A DNA stretch of 64,000 bases from Eledone cirrhosa. Its lineage: Eukaryota. Positions 41,211-55,288 of the stretch are shown here, in pieces; the stretch's first letter is position 1, and every line of letters begins with the position of its first letter. The notes below the pieces were generated by a model. The model ran no database searches, was not told the origin of the DNA, and saw only the letters and a list, made by a program, of their open reading frames with translations. The stretch spans positions 159,898,001 through 159,962,000 of the forward strand of contig OZ024743.1 in NCBI GenBank assembly GCA_964016885.1, in the 5' to 3' direction. The position numbers were made by a program, and so were the translations under genes.

Positions 41211-42094
41211 ATTCGATCCGGTGGGGCTGAACCGAGGGGACAGCTTTGGGTAGAACTCTTTTGCAAATCTCTGCAGAGAGTTAAAAATGCAATGCTCATC
41301 GGTGGATGTTCGGATCAGTAATCACTCCGCTACTAATTTCCATAGAAGACTAAATCATGCGCGTTTGTTAAGAGAGAGAAACCGCACATGGTACCGCGTG
41401 CCTAGCGAATCGAATAGAACGTAAGCTATTAAAAATAGAAGCCATCTCCATTCAACATATTAAAAGCTCAACAAACGCGTAGGAGCTCAATTTATCAAAA
41501 TTATATATTGACTTAAAAACTCACATTAGTCCCTTATACTCAAAGTAGCCGAAGAAAAAATATTTTCCGAGCCTAATAATGATTTATAGTATAGGCACGG
41601 GGCCAGTAATTTGGCGGGAGGGGAATAATACCATAAAGAGAGGCGAATACAAATATATAAACATATATGCGTTCAAATAACAAGGGACAATAACTGCCAG
41701 GGTGAAGCGAATACTGACTAAAGATAATACACGGCTGAATTAAAAGGATAAATTAAGATTTACAAACCGATTATGATAACTACAAATATCCAGACAGCTT
41801 TGTGTAGAACTGTTTCCCTAATCAGTGAAGGGAGAGTGGAATAATCCATGTTTATTTTGGTAAGTTGCATGAAGCTCGATGTATTATCAAATTTTACAGC
41901 ATGCAGAAATCCAATCAAAGGTGCACTTTGATAGGTGCCAATACTAGCAGTAAAGTCAGACAAAGCCGAAGAGCATAAATAATTAATGGAAAAGGAAAAC
42001 CATGTTCTTTATTCAAATTCTATCTTTAATTCCTACAATTATTTCTATAGAGATAAATGTCCAAAAATTATGAATCAATATTTAAATGACACAA

Positions 42095-42278
42095 TGGCGG
42101 TGGATTGGCAGTATCGGTAGAGAGTCGGACGCCATGCTTTCCAGCATAGTTACGTCCCTTTACGATCTGAGTTCAAATCCCGCCGAGGTTGACTTTGCCT
42201 TTCATCCGTACGGGGTCGATAAAATAAAGTACCAGTAATACACTGGTTATTGCTGGTCTTGTGCCTAAAGTAGAAACA
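42095..42278 (+). mobile_element. Full-length tRNA-derived SINE with 18-bp TSD
   Basis: A box tggcagtatcgg, B box gagttcaaatcc. TSD aatatttaaatgacacaa at 42077-42094 and 42279-42296. Body resembles the octopus/Meta-domain SINEs (from recall). Confidence 0.92.
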
Positions 42279-42898
42279 AATATTTAAATGACACAAACAT
42301 AAATCTCCATTTCGTCAGGAAAAGAGAGATTGAAACATTGAGTTACATAAAACATCCCCAAAAATAAGACAAACTTTCAAGAAGCGATCAGAGTACGTGA
42401 GAAATATTGAGCAAATGGTTAGGGTAACCATTTCATTATTCTCTGGTTACACTGATAATTTGTTAAATATTTTTGGTGATGGCCTACTCAACACGGTAAT
42501 AAAAAGATAAACGGCTTTTGATCTACGACCAAGCGATGTGGTTGTTGTTGCTGGTGGTGATATTGTGGTTGATGTTGCGACTGCGCAACGTCTTTAGTCG
42601 TCACCGACGACAGAGATTTTCGTTTGCATAACAATGCCCCAACGCATTTTCACGCCCATATTTGCACGAAGATGGTGCCGAAGCTGGTGAACGTTGATAT
42701 GCCAGTAAACAGGATCAATACAATATGTGCAGGGCATCCTCGAGCGTCATGATACTGAACCAGCTTTGCGTGGGAGAGTCATCCCGATGATGAGTCTTCT
42801 CAGGGGCACCGTTTTCCTGGCGGCGGAGTCATCAAGAGGTTCGTGACGAACACACACACAAACGAACGCACACACACACACACATAAACACACACACA

Positions 42899-42932
<34 letters not shown>

Positions 42933-43162
42933 TTTTTTTAATGAATAACTTCACTTGTCGTTCTAAATGATTTAATTTTATGATATCATTTTACAATTTT
43001 GTTTTTTAGATCTAGTAAGTTTGTGTTAACTTTTGTGGGGAGTTTTTTTAAAGATTCCTCTTTAACGTTCCTGGAGAACATTCTAGCATTAGTCAGTGGC
43101 GATTGTCAAACTGATCTAAGGTTACGTTGTGATGTATGGCTCTCTATATAGGGGATTTGGGT

Positions 43163-43275
43163 TTTTCTACTTTTGGCATAAGGCCAGCAATTACCCAGTG
43201 CATTACTGGTAGTTTATTTTATCGACCCAGGAAGGATGAAAGGCAAAGTTAACCTCGGCGGGATTTGAACTCAGA
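43163..43275 (-). mobile_element. 5'-truncated SINE
   Basis: Matches the 3' two-thirds of the 42095 SINE. Confidence 0.85.
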
Positions 43276-43693
43276 AAAATAATGAATGGTAAAAGCAAGA
43301 TTATTGACTGAGAGTGGAGTTGGGAGATACTGGGGTGAGGGAGCAGGATGTGATTGTCAGATTTGTTCCCTAAAGGCAATGTCGACGAGTGTTTATTGAG
43401 TGTTTAATGACTATTTTAGAAAGGGCTTGTGAAAATGCCCTCCTGCTGGTTCCATTTCAATAGACGAACTTTGGTGAATAAAATACCAGCGAAACATAAT
43501 GGCAAGATGCATTCAAATTATTTTCTTTAGCTGAATAAACTATCTTAAATTTATAAAGAAAACCTTCAACAATGTTCTATATTAAAGATAAATTTGGGTG
43601 AGTGTCGCATGTCGGGTTTAATGAGGGGTAATATGTTGTGATGTGTCCGTTTTTTTAATTTAGTTCCACTTATCATGTTCATGAGGCCAAGCT

Positions 43694-44540
43694 CGTCGTG
43701 GGATAGTTAAACGTACGGCTTTGTTTGACTCAACAAGATGTTTCCATAGTTATGCAGCGAGTTCGCGGTAATTTCTATGCAGGTTATACTTGGAATAATA
43801 ATAGTTAAAGAAAGAAGAAGAGTAACAAGGTCGGCTGTTCAATAAGGGTTTTATTTAAAGTACTAACAATTGTTTCGTTGATCAGGTGTGTCTAGAGTTC
43901 GATAATCGTTTGAGGTTGCGTAAATCTATCTCTAATACATTGTGTACCACTGGTCAACACATCAGAGCACGTAGATATGAGAATGGTTCACTCGAGGCAA
44001 GACTTATATAGAAACGTAGCGTAACACCTAGACAATAACATCAATAATAAAATAGCGTATAATTAAAACAATAACATCAATGGTAAAACATGTATGGTAA
44101 ATAGATAGAGCAGTTATATTATTTTATTATAGATGTTATTGTCTAGGTGTTACGCTACTCCTCTATATAAGTCTTGCTCGAGTGAATTATTTTCATATCT
44201 ACATACTCTGATGTGTTGACCAGTAGTAGCAATGTATTGGAGATCGATTGACGCAACCTCAAGCGATTAACAAACTCTAGACACACCTGATCAACGAAAC
44301 AAGTGTCAGTACTTTAAATAAAACCCTTATTGTACAGCCAACCATGTTACTTTTCTTCTCTCTTTAACTATTATTACTCCAAGTATAATCTGTATAGAAA
44401 TTACCACGAACTCGCTGCATAACTATGGAAACATCTTGTTGAGTCAAACAAAGCCGTACGTAAAACTATCCACGACGCGGTGTATTTAACTGGATTACCT
44501 CTAACTGGATTACCTATAACGATACCATGTTATCCCATAT
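43694..44540. mobile_element. Head-to-head inverted pLTR pair (~360-bp arms) with expanded-stem-II HHRs and ~60-nt tail
   Basis: Arms 43694-44054 and 44120-44477. HHR tact-CTGATGT-gttgaccag...ctgatcaac-GAAAC-AAGT-GTC-agta at 44204-44311. Ends at a long (TA)n tract. Confidence 0.88.
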
Positions 44541-44591
44541 ATATACAGATATATATATATCTGTATATATATATCAACTAGAAATTCATTG

Positions 44592-44678
<87 letters not shown>

Positions 44679-44718
44679 TACATATATATATATAGAAATA
44701 TATATGTATATATATGTC

Positions 44719-44810
<92 letters not shown>

Positions 44811-44848
44811 TATGTGTATATATATATATGTATGTATATATAAATATA

Positions 44849-44908
<60 letters not shown>

Positions 44909-44991
44909 CATATATGTCTATATATATATATGTATGTATATATATATGTATATATATGTATGTATATATATATATGTATATATATATATAT

Positions 44992-45475
<484 letters not shown>

Positions 45476-45479
45476 ATCT

Positions 45480-48290
45480 ACCAAAATATACGGTAGTGTC
45501 CAATCCGTATGAAGAACTCAATGTAATCCAAATATCATGAAAAGAGAAGATACATTCAAAAATGTTCGATGAAAATCACAGGAAAACAGAGTCAAGATAA
45601 ATTAATAAAAACAATGAATAAAAACAAAGAACAAGTTCCTTATATTAAAAAATCCATCATTTTACGATCGTTTCTAGGATATATATGTGTGTTGGTATGT
45701 ATATCATATAGATCTATGTAAAAATATTACAAACTATCAGAGGAAATATACATACCTTCACATATATATGCTGACTTCAGAAATAATTGTTTCTACTTTA
45801 AGCACAAGGCCAGCAATTACCCAGAGCATTACTGGTAGTTTATTCTATCGACCCCGTAAGGATGAAAGGCAAAGTCAACCTCGGCGGGATTTGAACTCAG
45901 ATCGTAAAGGGACGTAACTATGCTGGAAAGCATGGCGTCCGACCCTCTACTGATACTGCCAATCCACCGCTCAGAAATAATGAGATTTGTTTATTGAAAA
46001 AAACCAACAAAGATTTAATATAATAGATCTGTTTGGGAACAGGTTTTGAATTGACCAATAGAAAAGTAGTAAGAGGTCAAGTTGATAGAATAGTAGTAGT
46101 AGAAATTTAATTTAGGGGTAGAGGAATGCAGACTTATGTTTTGAATGGAAAGAACTCTTTGAATGAAAAGAATACTTTGGGGATGAAAAGAGGTCAAGCC
46201 GGTGAAGGGTACACGAACACTTGATGTTATTAAATGAATAATGTTAAAAACGAAGGAGAGTAAAATTTTAGGGTAAAGGTATTAGTGAGAAATAACAATC
46301 TTATTTAAAACACAAGGAATTTAGATCTATAACAATAAATTAAATTAATTGATAGGTATACTTATAGGGATAAATTTATATTAATTCATATGAATTTGAT
46401 AAATAAAAATTAGATGTTATTAAAGAATGTTGTTAAAAACGAAGAAAAATAAAATTTTGGGATAAGTGTAGTAGTGAGAAATACCAATCTTATATAGACT
46501 ACAAGGAATCTAGATTCATAACAGGAAATTAAATTAATTTACATGTATAGTTTTAGGTATTAATTTTAGGAAAAGAGAGCTGTAAGAGGGAAATAAGATT
46601 ATGAAGTTCTCTGTAGTAAAGTACTAATTATAGGTTAACTAAATAAAAAAAACTAATTATAATAATATGTAAAATATAAGTGTAAGGTGTATATTAATTA
46701 GGTTTATAATATTTGAAAGTTCTTCTAATTCTATGATTGCAAGATATAATTAATTTTTGTCGCTTATTTAATAGGATATCCTTAGATTTCATTATTTCAA
46801 CAAGTTCCTGGGAGCATAATCTACACTCATATCTGTTATTTTGATAAGGGGTGGCCCTTTTGAGCACACTCCAGGTCAGGTTGTAATCGATATTCTTTTT
46901 TCTATAATTATTAATTGTTTCAGCCAAGGATGTTGTATTAGCTAATGCGGCATTTTTTAAACTATTGTGGGTATTAAATCTTACTTTAAATTGGTTAGAC
47001 GTAACTCCTATATATGAATAAGTTGAGTCCTTAGTGCTAATTTTACATTTATATACTATTTTATTAATAAGACAATTTCCCTTTAATGGGCAATTTCTTT
47101 TGTTTCTACAGTTACAACCATTCGTGAATATTATATCAGAGGAGTTAGTCCAATTTGGTGTGAAATTTACTCGACATGCTATAAGTGAAAGAGATGGTGT
47201 TTTGTTGCGGTTTATTTTAGTATTATGGTTGGTTTGGTGTGTTGGTGGTATATTCGGGGTTATATTACATGTATATGCGTTGTACGCACTTATATTTTGT
47301 TGTATATTTTTGGTAGTGGAGTAGGAAAATTTGACAGTTGATCTATTTAAAATTTGATGGTATTTATGGTTTGGCGGGAAGTTTTTCTCTAGAATAGGAA
47401 AAAGTTTTTTAGCGATATTATCTTTAATTTGTAGATTAAGTGGATCATTATACCAAGTAACTCGTCTATTACGGTTTCGATGTTGTTTTTTTTATATTTA
47501 TACGATGTATCAGGATGTTTACTAAGAGAGTTAGTATTAGTGCATTTATTATATATAGGTTTAGTTAGATTAACTGATGTAGGTGTTTTAGTCTGATTAT
47601 TAGGAATTTTGTTAGTAATGTTATTGGAGTATTAGGATGATTGGTTTTTTGAAAGTCATTATATTTTATGTGAGAAGAGGTAGATAAATTAAGTTTTAGG
47701 TTGGTATTTTGGGGTGTAGTGTGAGTGGCATCTATGTGTGTGTTTTTCATTTGTTGTTTGTTGGTAATATTGTGTTTTATGTTTGAAGTATTATTGGTGC
47801 AAGGTATATAGACTAATTTGTTTTTGTGGCCGCTTTTAGCTAAAGCTTCGTTATAAAAGGGTGTATTTTTATCGAATACATCCTGTTTAGATGAAAGGTT
47901 AGAAATTCTGAGTGAGATATTATATGCTAGGTTTTTAAGAATAGATCTAGGGTGATTGGATTGTGAGTGTACGTAATGTAAGTTTTGGTTAGGTTTATGG
48001 TAAGGTTGGTAGATACCCGTAGATAAGTCTAAAGTTATTTTGCTGGTGTTTTCAAATGTAATAGTGAGATTATAATAGTCTTTCAGGAAAGTTCTAATAA
48101 GTTTTTTTATTTTTTTCAATTTCTGATAGGCTAAGATTAGTGGAAAGAAGAAGACAGTCGTCACGATATAAACCACCTTTAAGGTGGAGAAAAGAAGAAT
48201 TTATAGTAGAAATACGCCCACAAGATCGGTAATTTGGGCAGAATCACTAGAACCCATAGTAATGTCGAAGAGATTACTATATGTATTTCT
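45480..48290 (-). mobile_element. Degenerate PLE (RT C-half, Cys linker, GIY-YIG, 3' UTR with HHR at 45658-45785)
   Basis: FDITMGSSDSAQITDLVG, YQPYHKPNQNLHYVHSQSNHP, CNCRNKRNCPLKGNCL, YIGVTSNQFK, CRLCSQE. ~190-bp tandem duplication in the 3' UTR (46224/46413). Confidence 0.9.
45788..45970 (-). mobile_element. SINE with 11-bp TSD overlapping an HHR core
   Basis: TSD tcagaaataat at 45777-45787 and 45971-45981. Confidence 0.9.
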
Positions 48291-48619
48291 GTTCCAATAT
48301 TCCTTCTGAAATTCCAAGGGATAACAAAATATCGTTATAGGAAATCCACTTAGAGGTTCTGAATACTCCGTATTGTGGATAGTTTTAACGTACGGCGTTG
48401 TTTGATTCAACAAGAGGTTTCTATACTATGTTTACTTTTCTTCGCACACATATAACATTTTTTCATTTATATTTCATCATATTTTGTATTGTTTTTATCA
48501 TCCTCGTTGTAACTTGTTTATTAGCATTTAAGTGTTCAGCAATTTTTAGACATCTTAATCAGTGAAACAATTTTTAAATACCTTTTTTATACTATTGACC
48601 ATGTTATTCTTCATTCTTT

Positions 48620-51600
48620 CAATATTATGCCTATGAACTTCACCTCATGAACATGATAAACGAAACCAAATTCAAAAAACGAACGCATCACAACAAACTG
48701 CAAAATAACATCGATGCACTACTAAAATAATTGCGTAACACCAACGGTATTATAGTTAAGCAGACAACACATAAAATGTATACAACATGAGCCTTAATAC
48801 ATACAACAACTTTATACGGCGGGAATTACACAAAAAATACAAGAAAACTACAGAATCTACATTCAATAGCATTAATAAAGAAGGACTTAACATAGTAAAA
48901 TATCTGATAGAACCGAATCTCTGACCCCTTGTAAACCCACTTTTAATTTAAAAGATCATAAATGCAACTTCGAAACTGACCCTACTATTAGATTATTATG
49001 CCCATTAAAATCTGATATAGGCAAAATTAGCAAGTATATACTAAATAGAATAATACCAGAAATTAGGGAAATCTACTAATTAAGCTTTGGGGTAACACTA
49101 ATGAAGCAATAGATTGGTTTAGCAAATTAGACAATAAGGAATCTTCCAACTTCATACAATTTGACATCAATGACTACTACACCTCTATTTCCCCAGTCCC
49201 ACTAAATAAGGCATTAACATTTGCAAAACAAACTCTGACAACAGATGAAATTAAAATAATACTAGCTGCTATAAGAACAATCATTAGGTTCGATAATAGT
49301 TACTGGGAAAGAAAAAATAGACAAAATAACTTTGATATCACAATGGAATCGAACGATTCAGTTCAAGTAACGGACATAGTCGGAATATATATAGCACATA
49401 TCTTGCATAAGGAATTTGATAACCTAGAAGGAAGAATTTATAGAGATTACTTTTAGCTAAAAGCCTAAATAATCAAAACTTGGAAAGATTACGTAAAAAG
49501 ATTAGAACAATCTTCAATAAATTAGGCCTAAACATCACTTTTGAACTCAACTCTAAAAAAGCTAACTTCTTAGATGTGTCACGTAACCTAAACACAGGAC
49601 TAATAGAACGATTCCATAAAAATAACGAAAATCTAGCCTACATTAGTTATAACTTAAACCACCCTCGCTCCAAAATTAACTCCATAGCACATAGTATATC
49701 CCTTAGAATTTCACGCTTATCTTCTAATACAAAGATTTTTAACGAACACGCTAACTACTACAACATAGCTTTACTCAAGGCAGGCCATAAAGAGAGGCTT
49801 AAATACAAACAATAACAACACACTTAACAGAAATAACACTATCCACACCTATAGAAAAAGCAAATCTAGGACTAAACATAGAAATTGGCAACAAGCACTA
49901 GAAATAATTGAACCGAATACTAATATAAGGATTACTAGAAACTATAGAAGATGCAGAGATAGAAAATACTAATGGTTCAATCCAATATTTAAATCCTCTA
50001 TAAAAACCAAACTACCTTCTACTTTCTTTAAATTAATTGACAAGCACTTCCCTAAACATCACAAATACCATAAAATCTTTAATAGAAATACTATCAAACT
50101 ATCATACTCTACTGCCACCAACATAGAATCGTACATATATAAAATTAACTATAAAAGAATATCTAATACAAATAGCCTGCAAACAAGCACCATAACACCA
50201 AATACAAAACACAAAAAAATAACAACATCACAACCAAAGCACACGTCAGAACACATCACGACAATACATCAACAAACCCAATTCTCAGCCCATACATAAC
50301 ATACAAAACCGTATCGCGGAATCGGCACATAGGAAAGCATTAAAATGTAACTGTCATTTACCTGATAAATGCCCACTACAAAAGAAATGCCTGGAGTCAA
50401 ATATAGTGTACCTATGTACTATAAATTCAGGCAACTTAGCATGGCACTACATAGGTTGGACGGCGCGGGAGTTCAAGAAAAGATGGTATGTCCACAGACA
50501 CTATAAATAACCGTAAACTTATGAACACAACGACGCTTGCCAATAAAATATGGCAGCTCAAAGATACAAACCAGGAATACAGAATTAGCTGGGTGAAGTT
50601 GTCAACGTCAATAGCCTATAGAATTGGCATGTCCCATTGTAGACCTTGCAATATGCAATTATTCCATATTTTAAAATATAACAAAATGCTGCTTAACAGC
50701 AAAATTAACGAACAATTTTCTGTAGACATAAAACGGCGATCAAATTCAATAATTTTAGACCAACTTAATTCATCCCATCTATTCCATAATTCAAATTGTA
50801 CCACCTGGATCTATTATAATAACCTATTATTGTTATTATTGTCATCAACTGTCAAAGAACCAACATCATAACCTTTTATATTTTATATTTTCTCTCCTTC
50901 ATTTTCTATCTTTCTATTTCTTTCCCTATATTTATTTCATCTCTTACATTATATCTTATCGTATTATTTTCACTTCTAATATAACTTACAATTAATTAAT
51001 TACTTATTTTATTTATTTATTAATGTAACTAATACATACATGAATATATTTAACATTTTCATGTTTATAGCAACATATCTCTATATTTTAACCACCAACA
51101 CCATAACTACTCTCAATAATCTTACTAGGCGGTGGATTGGCAGTATCGGTAGAGGGTCGGATGCCATGCTTTGACGCATAGAGCTACGGCCCTTGCCATT
51201 CTGAGTTCAAATCCCGCCGAGGTTAACTTTGCCTTTCATCCTTACAGGCTCGATAAAATAAAGTACCAGTAATGCACTGGGTCATTGCTGGCCTTGTGCC
51301 TAAAGTAGAAACAATAATCTTACTATGTTTACTTTTCTTCCCACACATATAACATTTTTTTATAAATTTGTTTATTTAATTTTATCATATTTTGTATTGT
51401 TTTTTTATCATCCTTGCTCTAACTTGTTTATTAGCATTTATTCATTTATTGCTGTTGTCTTTGTTGTTGTTTTTCTCTCTGTTTTTCTTTTTCTTTTTCT
51501 TTATCTTTTATCTTTGTTCTTCATCCTTTTCTCTTCTTTCTTTTTTCTCTCTCTTTCTTTATTAATGATGTTGTAATTTGAATTCGTAAACGCTGAGCAT

Positions 51601-51780
51601 ATTTTCAACAGTCCTTTCTGATGATCTGGTGAGGCTAGCAACGTATTTACAATTGAGTGGCACAGCTTCAAGTGTTCAGCAATTTTTAGACAACTTAATC
51701 AGTGAAACAATTGTTAAATACTGTAAATAAAACTCTTTTTTTTTGTATTGTTGACCATGTTATTCTTCACTCTTTCAATA
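48620..51780 (+). mobile_element. Near-complete but frameshifted PLE (RT + GIY-YIG) with 3' pLTR HHR at ~51609-51723
   Basis: FIQFDINDYYTSI, NFDITMESNDSVQVTDIVG, KANFLDVS, CNCHLPDKCPLQKKCL, WHYIG. CTGATGA at 51618 and GAAACAATTGTT at 51704. Ends in (TA)n. Confidence 0.9.
51128..51311 (+). mobile_element. Full-length SINE with 14-bp TSD
   Basis: TSD caataatcttacta at 51114-51127 and 51312-51325. Empty site in the paralog near 11050. Confidence 0.92.
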
Positions 51781-51807
51781 TATATATATATATATATATT
51801 TTTTTTT

Positions 51808-51934
<127 letters not shown>

Positions 51935-51984
51935 GTATATTTATATATATATATGTATGTGTGTGGGTTGGTGTATAAAAAAGA

Positions 51985-52372
51985 AGAAATTAAAAGATGG
52001 TTAAAAAAGTTCCACATATTTTATTATGCGTATTTCGAAAACAACATCATCCTGGGACAAAAATTGTGTTCTCATCAGATAAAATAAGGTAGCATGATAT
52101 GAGGTCTAAAAGCACTTGTGTTTTTAGTCCTCATATCATATATATATACTTGTTTTTAGGCCTCATATCATGTTACCTTATTTTATCTGAGGAGAACATA
52201 ATTTTTGTCCCAGGATGATGTTTTCGAAATGCGCATAATAAAATGTATGGAACTTTTTTAACCATATTTTAATTTCTACTTTAATATATATTCCAGTTTT
52301 ACCAACAGTTGAGTGCTACTTATCTGATATATGCATAGTTTTATTGTTCTACAATATTACTCACCTCCTACA

Positions 52373-52375
<3 letters not shown>
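51985..52375. mobile_element. Fold-back element with two outward HHRs (52018-52085 minus; 52180-52244 plus) and tail
   Basis: attttat-CTGAGGA-gaacat...atgttttc-GAAA-TGCGCA-TA-ataaaat. Arms ~51985-52110 and ~52153-52277. Confidence 0.88.
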
Positions 52376-52447
<72 letters not shown>

Positions 52448-52547
52448 TGTGTGTGTGTGTGTAAAAGTTCTATTTAAATTGTTGGGATACAACAAGCAAA
52501 TATTTTTATAACTGATAAAAAGCATTCAACAAATATTTGGAGTAAAA

Positions 52548-52852
52548 ATACGTTATTAACAAATGGAAACTATATTTATTAAACCATATTTATATCATTA
52601 TACATATTTCAAGGACACCAAGTTAAATGATGGTGTGCTTTTATCAGATAAAATATAATATAGATCAGTTTTATAAATAAATATTGACATACCCTTAAAG
52701 AATGGAACCATTACTGTTGGAAGATCCCGGGAGCTTCCAACAGTAATGGTTGCATAATTTAACACACCATAATTTAACTTGGTGTCCTTGAAATATGTAT
52801 AATGAAATAAATATGGTTTTATAAATATAGTTTCAATGTGTTAATATCGTAT
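52548..52852. mobile_element. Fold-back element (family O) with central 46-nt hairpin; relatives at 56700-56800, 56905-57075 and 62575-62745
   Basis: Arms 52548-52638 and 52762-52852. Central aaccattactgttggaagatcccgggagcttccaacagtaatggtt at 52706-52751. Family consensus attttat-CTGATGA-aag..ctt-GAAA-TATGTA-TA-atgaaat. Confidence 0.8.
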
Positions 52853-52884
52853 ATATATATGGTTGTATATATATACATATATAT

Positions 52885-55288
52885 AGGGGATAACAAGTTA
52901 TCGTTATATGTAATCCAGTTAGAGGTTGTGAGTACACTGTATTGTGGATAGTTTTAACGTACGGCTTTGTTTGACTGAACAACATGTTTCCATAGTTAGG
53001 AAGCGAGTTCGCGAGAATTCCTATGCAGGTTATACTTAGAGTAATAATAGTGAAAGCATGAAGAATAACATGGTCGGCTGTACAAGAAAGGGCTTTATTT
53101 CAAGTATTAACAATTGTTTCATTGATCAGGTGAGTCTAAATGCCGCTAATCACTCGAAGTTGCGTCACTCGACCTTCAATAAAGTGTTTACCTCTGATCA
53201 ATTCCTCAGAATACTAGAGAACACACATATGGCAATTGTATATACAGCGTAGAATCAAAACTATAACATCAGAAATGAAATATAATGATAAATAGGTAAA
53301 GAAGTTACAGATGTAAAAAGTAAAAAAAATAAAAAAATAAGTAAAAGTATATAAGTACAGAATGCGATAGTAGTGGTAGTGAGTAAGTGTCTGGATAAAG
53401 ATGTGGGGTGGAGGTAGTACTAACATGAAAAGCAATATTCGATACATACATACATACGTGTAGAGAATAAGAGGAAGTAACAAATGACAGATAAAACAAA
53501 AAACAATAAATTCAAAATTAAGTGAGAGATACGAGCATGAGACATGAGGGCTAAGGATGGATGCTGAAGGGGGATTTTGATATATGTATGTGGTAAATAA
53601 TTGGCCCGCTGATTGTCTTATCTTTATGGGATTAATGTGGCTCCAGGGAGAGAGAGTGAAAGAAAGGTTAGGAGATTTATGATCTAGTGACCAGTCGGTT
53701 AGTTAACAGCTAATAACAGTGTGTTGATATGTATTCCGTACGTTAAAATTCCGGTGGTTCAGTTCTAATTTTTGGATTGCTGGGTCGAATCATGATGGTT
53801 TGAAATTTGTAGCTGCTTTGTGCCTACAGAAAATTGATCTTTCTATTTAGTTGTTGAGCAACATCTTATCGTACCTTAAAATATGGAATAGTTCCATATT
53901 GCAAAGTCCGCAGTTGGACATTCTATTGCTGTAGGCCCTTGCTCCCGATAATTTTGACCTGCTAATCCCATATTCCTGGTTTGTGTTCTTAAGCTGCCAG
54001 ATTTTATTGGCCAGCTTTGTAGAGTTCTCCAGTCTACGGTTCTTCATGGAGTGTCTGTGAACATACCCTCTTTTTATGAACTCCCCAGCCGTGGAACCTA
54101 TGTAATGCCATGGTAAGTTGCCTGAATTTATAGTACACAGGTACACCATACTTGAATCCAGGCATCTATTTTGTAGTGGGCACTTATCCGGTAGGTGGCA
54201 GTTACAGTTGGAGGCATTCCTGAGTGCAGGTTCTCCGTTGCGGTTTTGCATGTTGTTATCGGTGGGTTGAGATTTAGGCCTATTAATGTTTTGTTGTGAT
54301 GTGCCCTGATGTGTGTGTGGTTGTGGTGTTGTTATGTGTTTGCGTTTTGTATTTTGTGCTATGGTGTATGTTGGTAGGTTATTTTCTTTAGAGATTATTT
54401 TGTAGTTGATTTTATGTATGTGTGATTCTATGTTGGCTGCAGTAGAGTAAGATAGTTTGATAGTTTTTTCTGTTATAGATTCTATGGTATTTGTGTAGTT
54501 TATGGGAGTGTTTGTCAAATAGCTTAAAGAATGTAGAAGGTAGTTTAGTTTTTATAGCGGAGTTGAATATTGGATTGAAACATAAGTATTTCCTATCTCT
54601 GGATTTTCTATAGTTCCTAGGGGCCCTTATGTTAGTATTCAGTTCAGTTATTTCTGGTACTCGTTATCTAATTCTGTTTAGTCGTATGTTTATTATTTCT
54701 ATAGGTATGGATAGTGTAGCTGTCGTTAGGGCTGTTGTTGCTGTCTCTATCTGGTATGTATATGAGCCCCTCCTTATATCCTGCCTTATGTAAGCTATGT
54801 TATAATAGTTTGTGTGTTCGTTAAAAATCTCTAGGTTAGAAGATAGGCGCGATATTCTGAGGGATATACTATGTGCTGTAGAGTAAATTATGGCTCGTTG
54901 GTTAATAGAGCCCTTCCATAAAAATAACGAGAATCTAACCTACATTAGTTATAACTCAAACCAAACTCTATAATCAGTTTTTCTGATGATTGGATTAAGC
55001 ATACATTGTATTTAAAATTGAGTCGCACAACTGCAAGTGATTAGCAATTTTTAGACAGCTTAATCAATGAAACAATTGTTAATACTGTAAATAAAACGCT
55101 TTTTGTTATTCTTCACTCTTTCACTATTATTATTCCAAGATTAACCTGAATAGAAATTCACAGAACTCGCCAAATCACTACCTAAGGAAACCTCTTGTTG
55201 AGTCAAACAACGCCGTACGCTAAAGCTATCCACAATACGGAGTATTCACAACCTCTAACTGGATTATCTATAACGATAATTTGTTCTC

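Noticed and set aside
42095-42185. tRNA-like A/B boxes
   Set aside because: SINE head, not a tRNA gene: no complete cloverleaf, and it is followed by the SINE body and TSD.
42460-42850. GC-richer island that might be a host exon
   Set aside because: Stops in the minus-strand frames I translated, no ORF in the track, and no clear splice context.
42960-43690. Possible additional minus-strand PLE RT relic (DITTYYPSL-like motif near 43640)
   Set aside because: Only one weak motif; too decayed to call.
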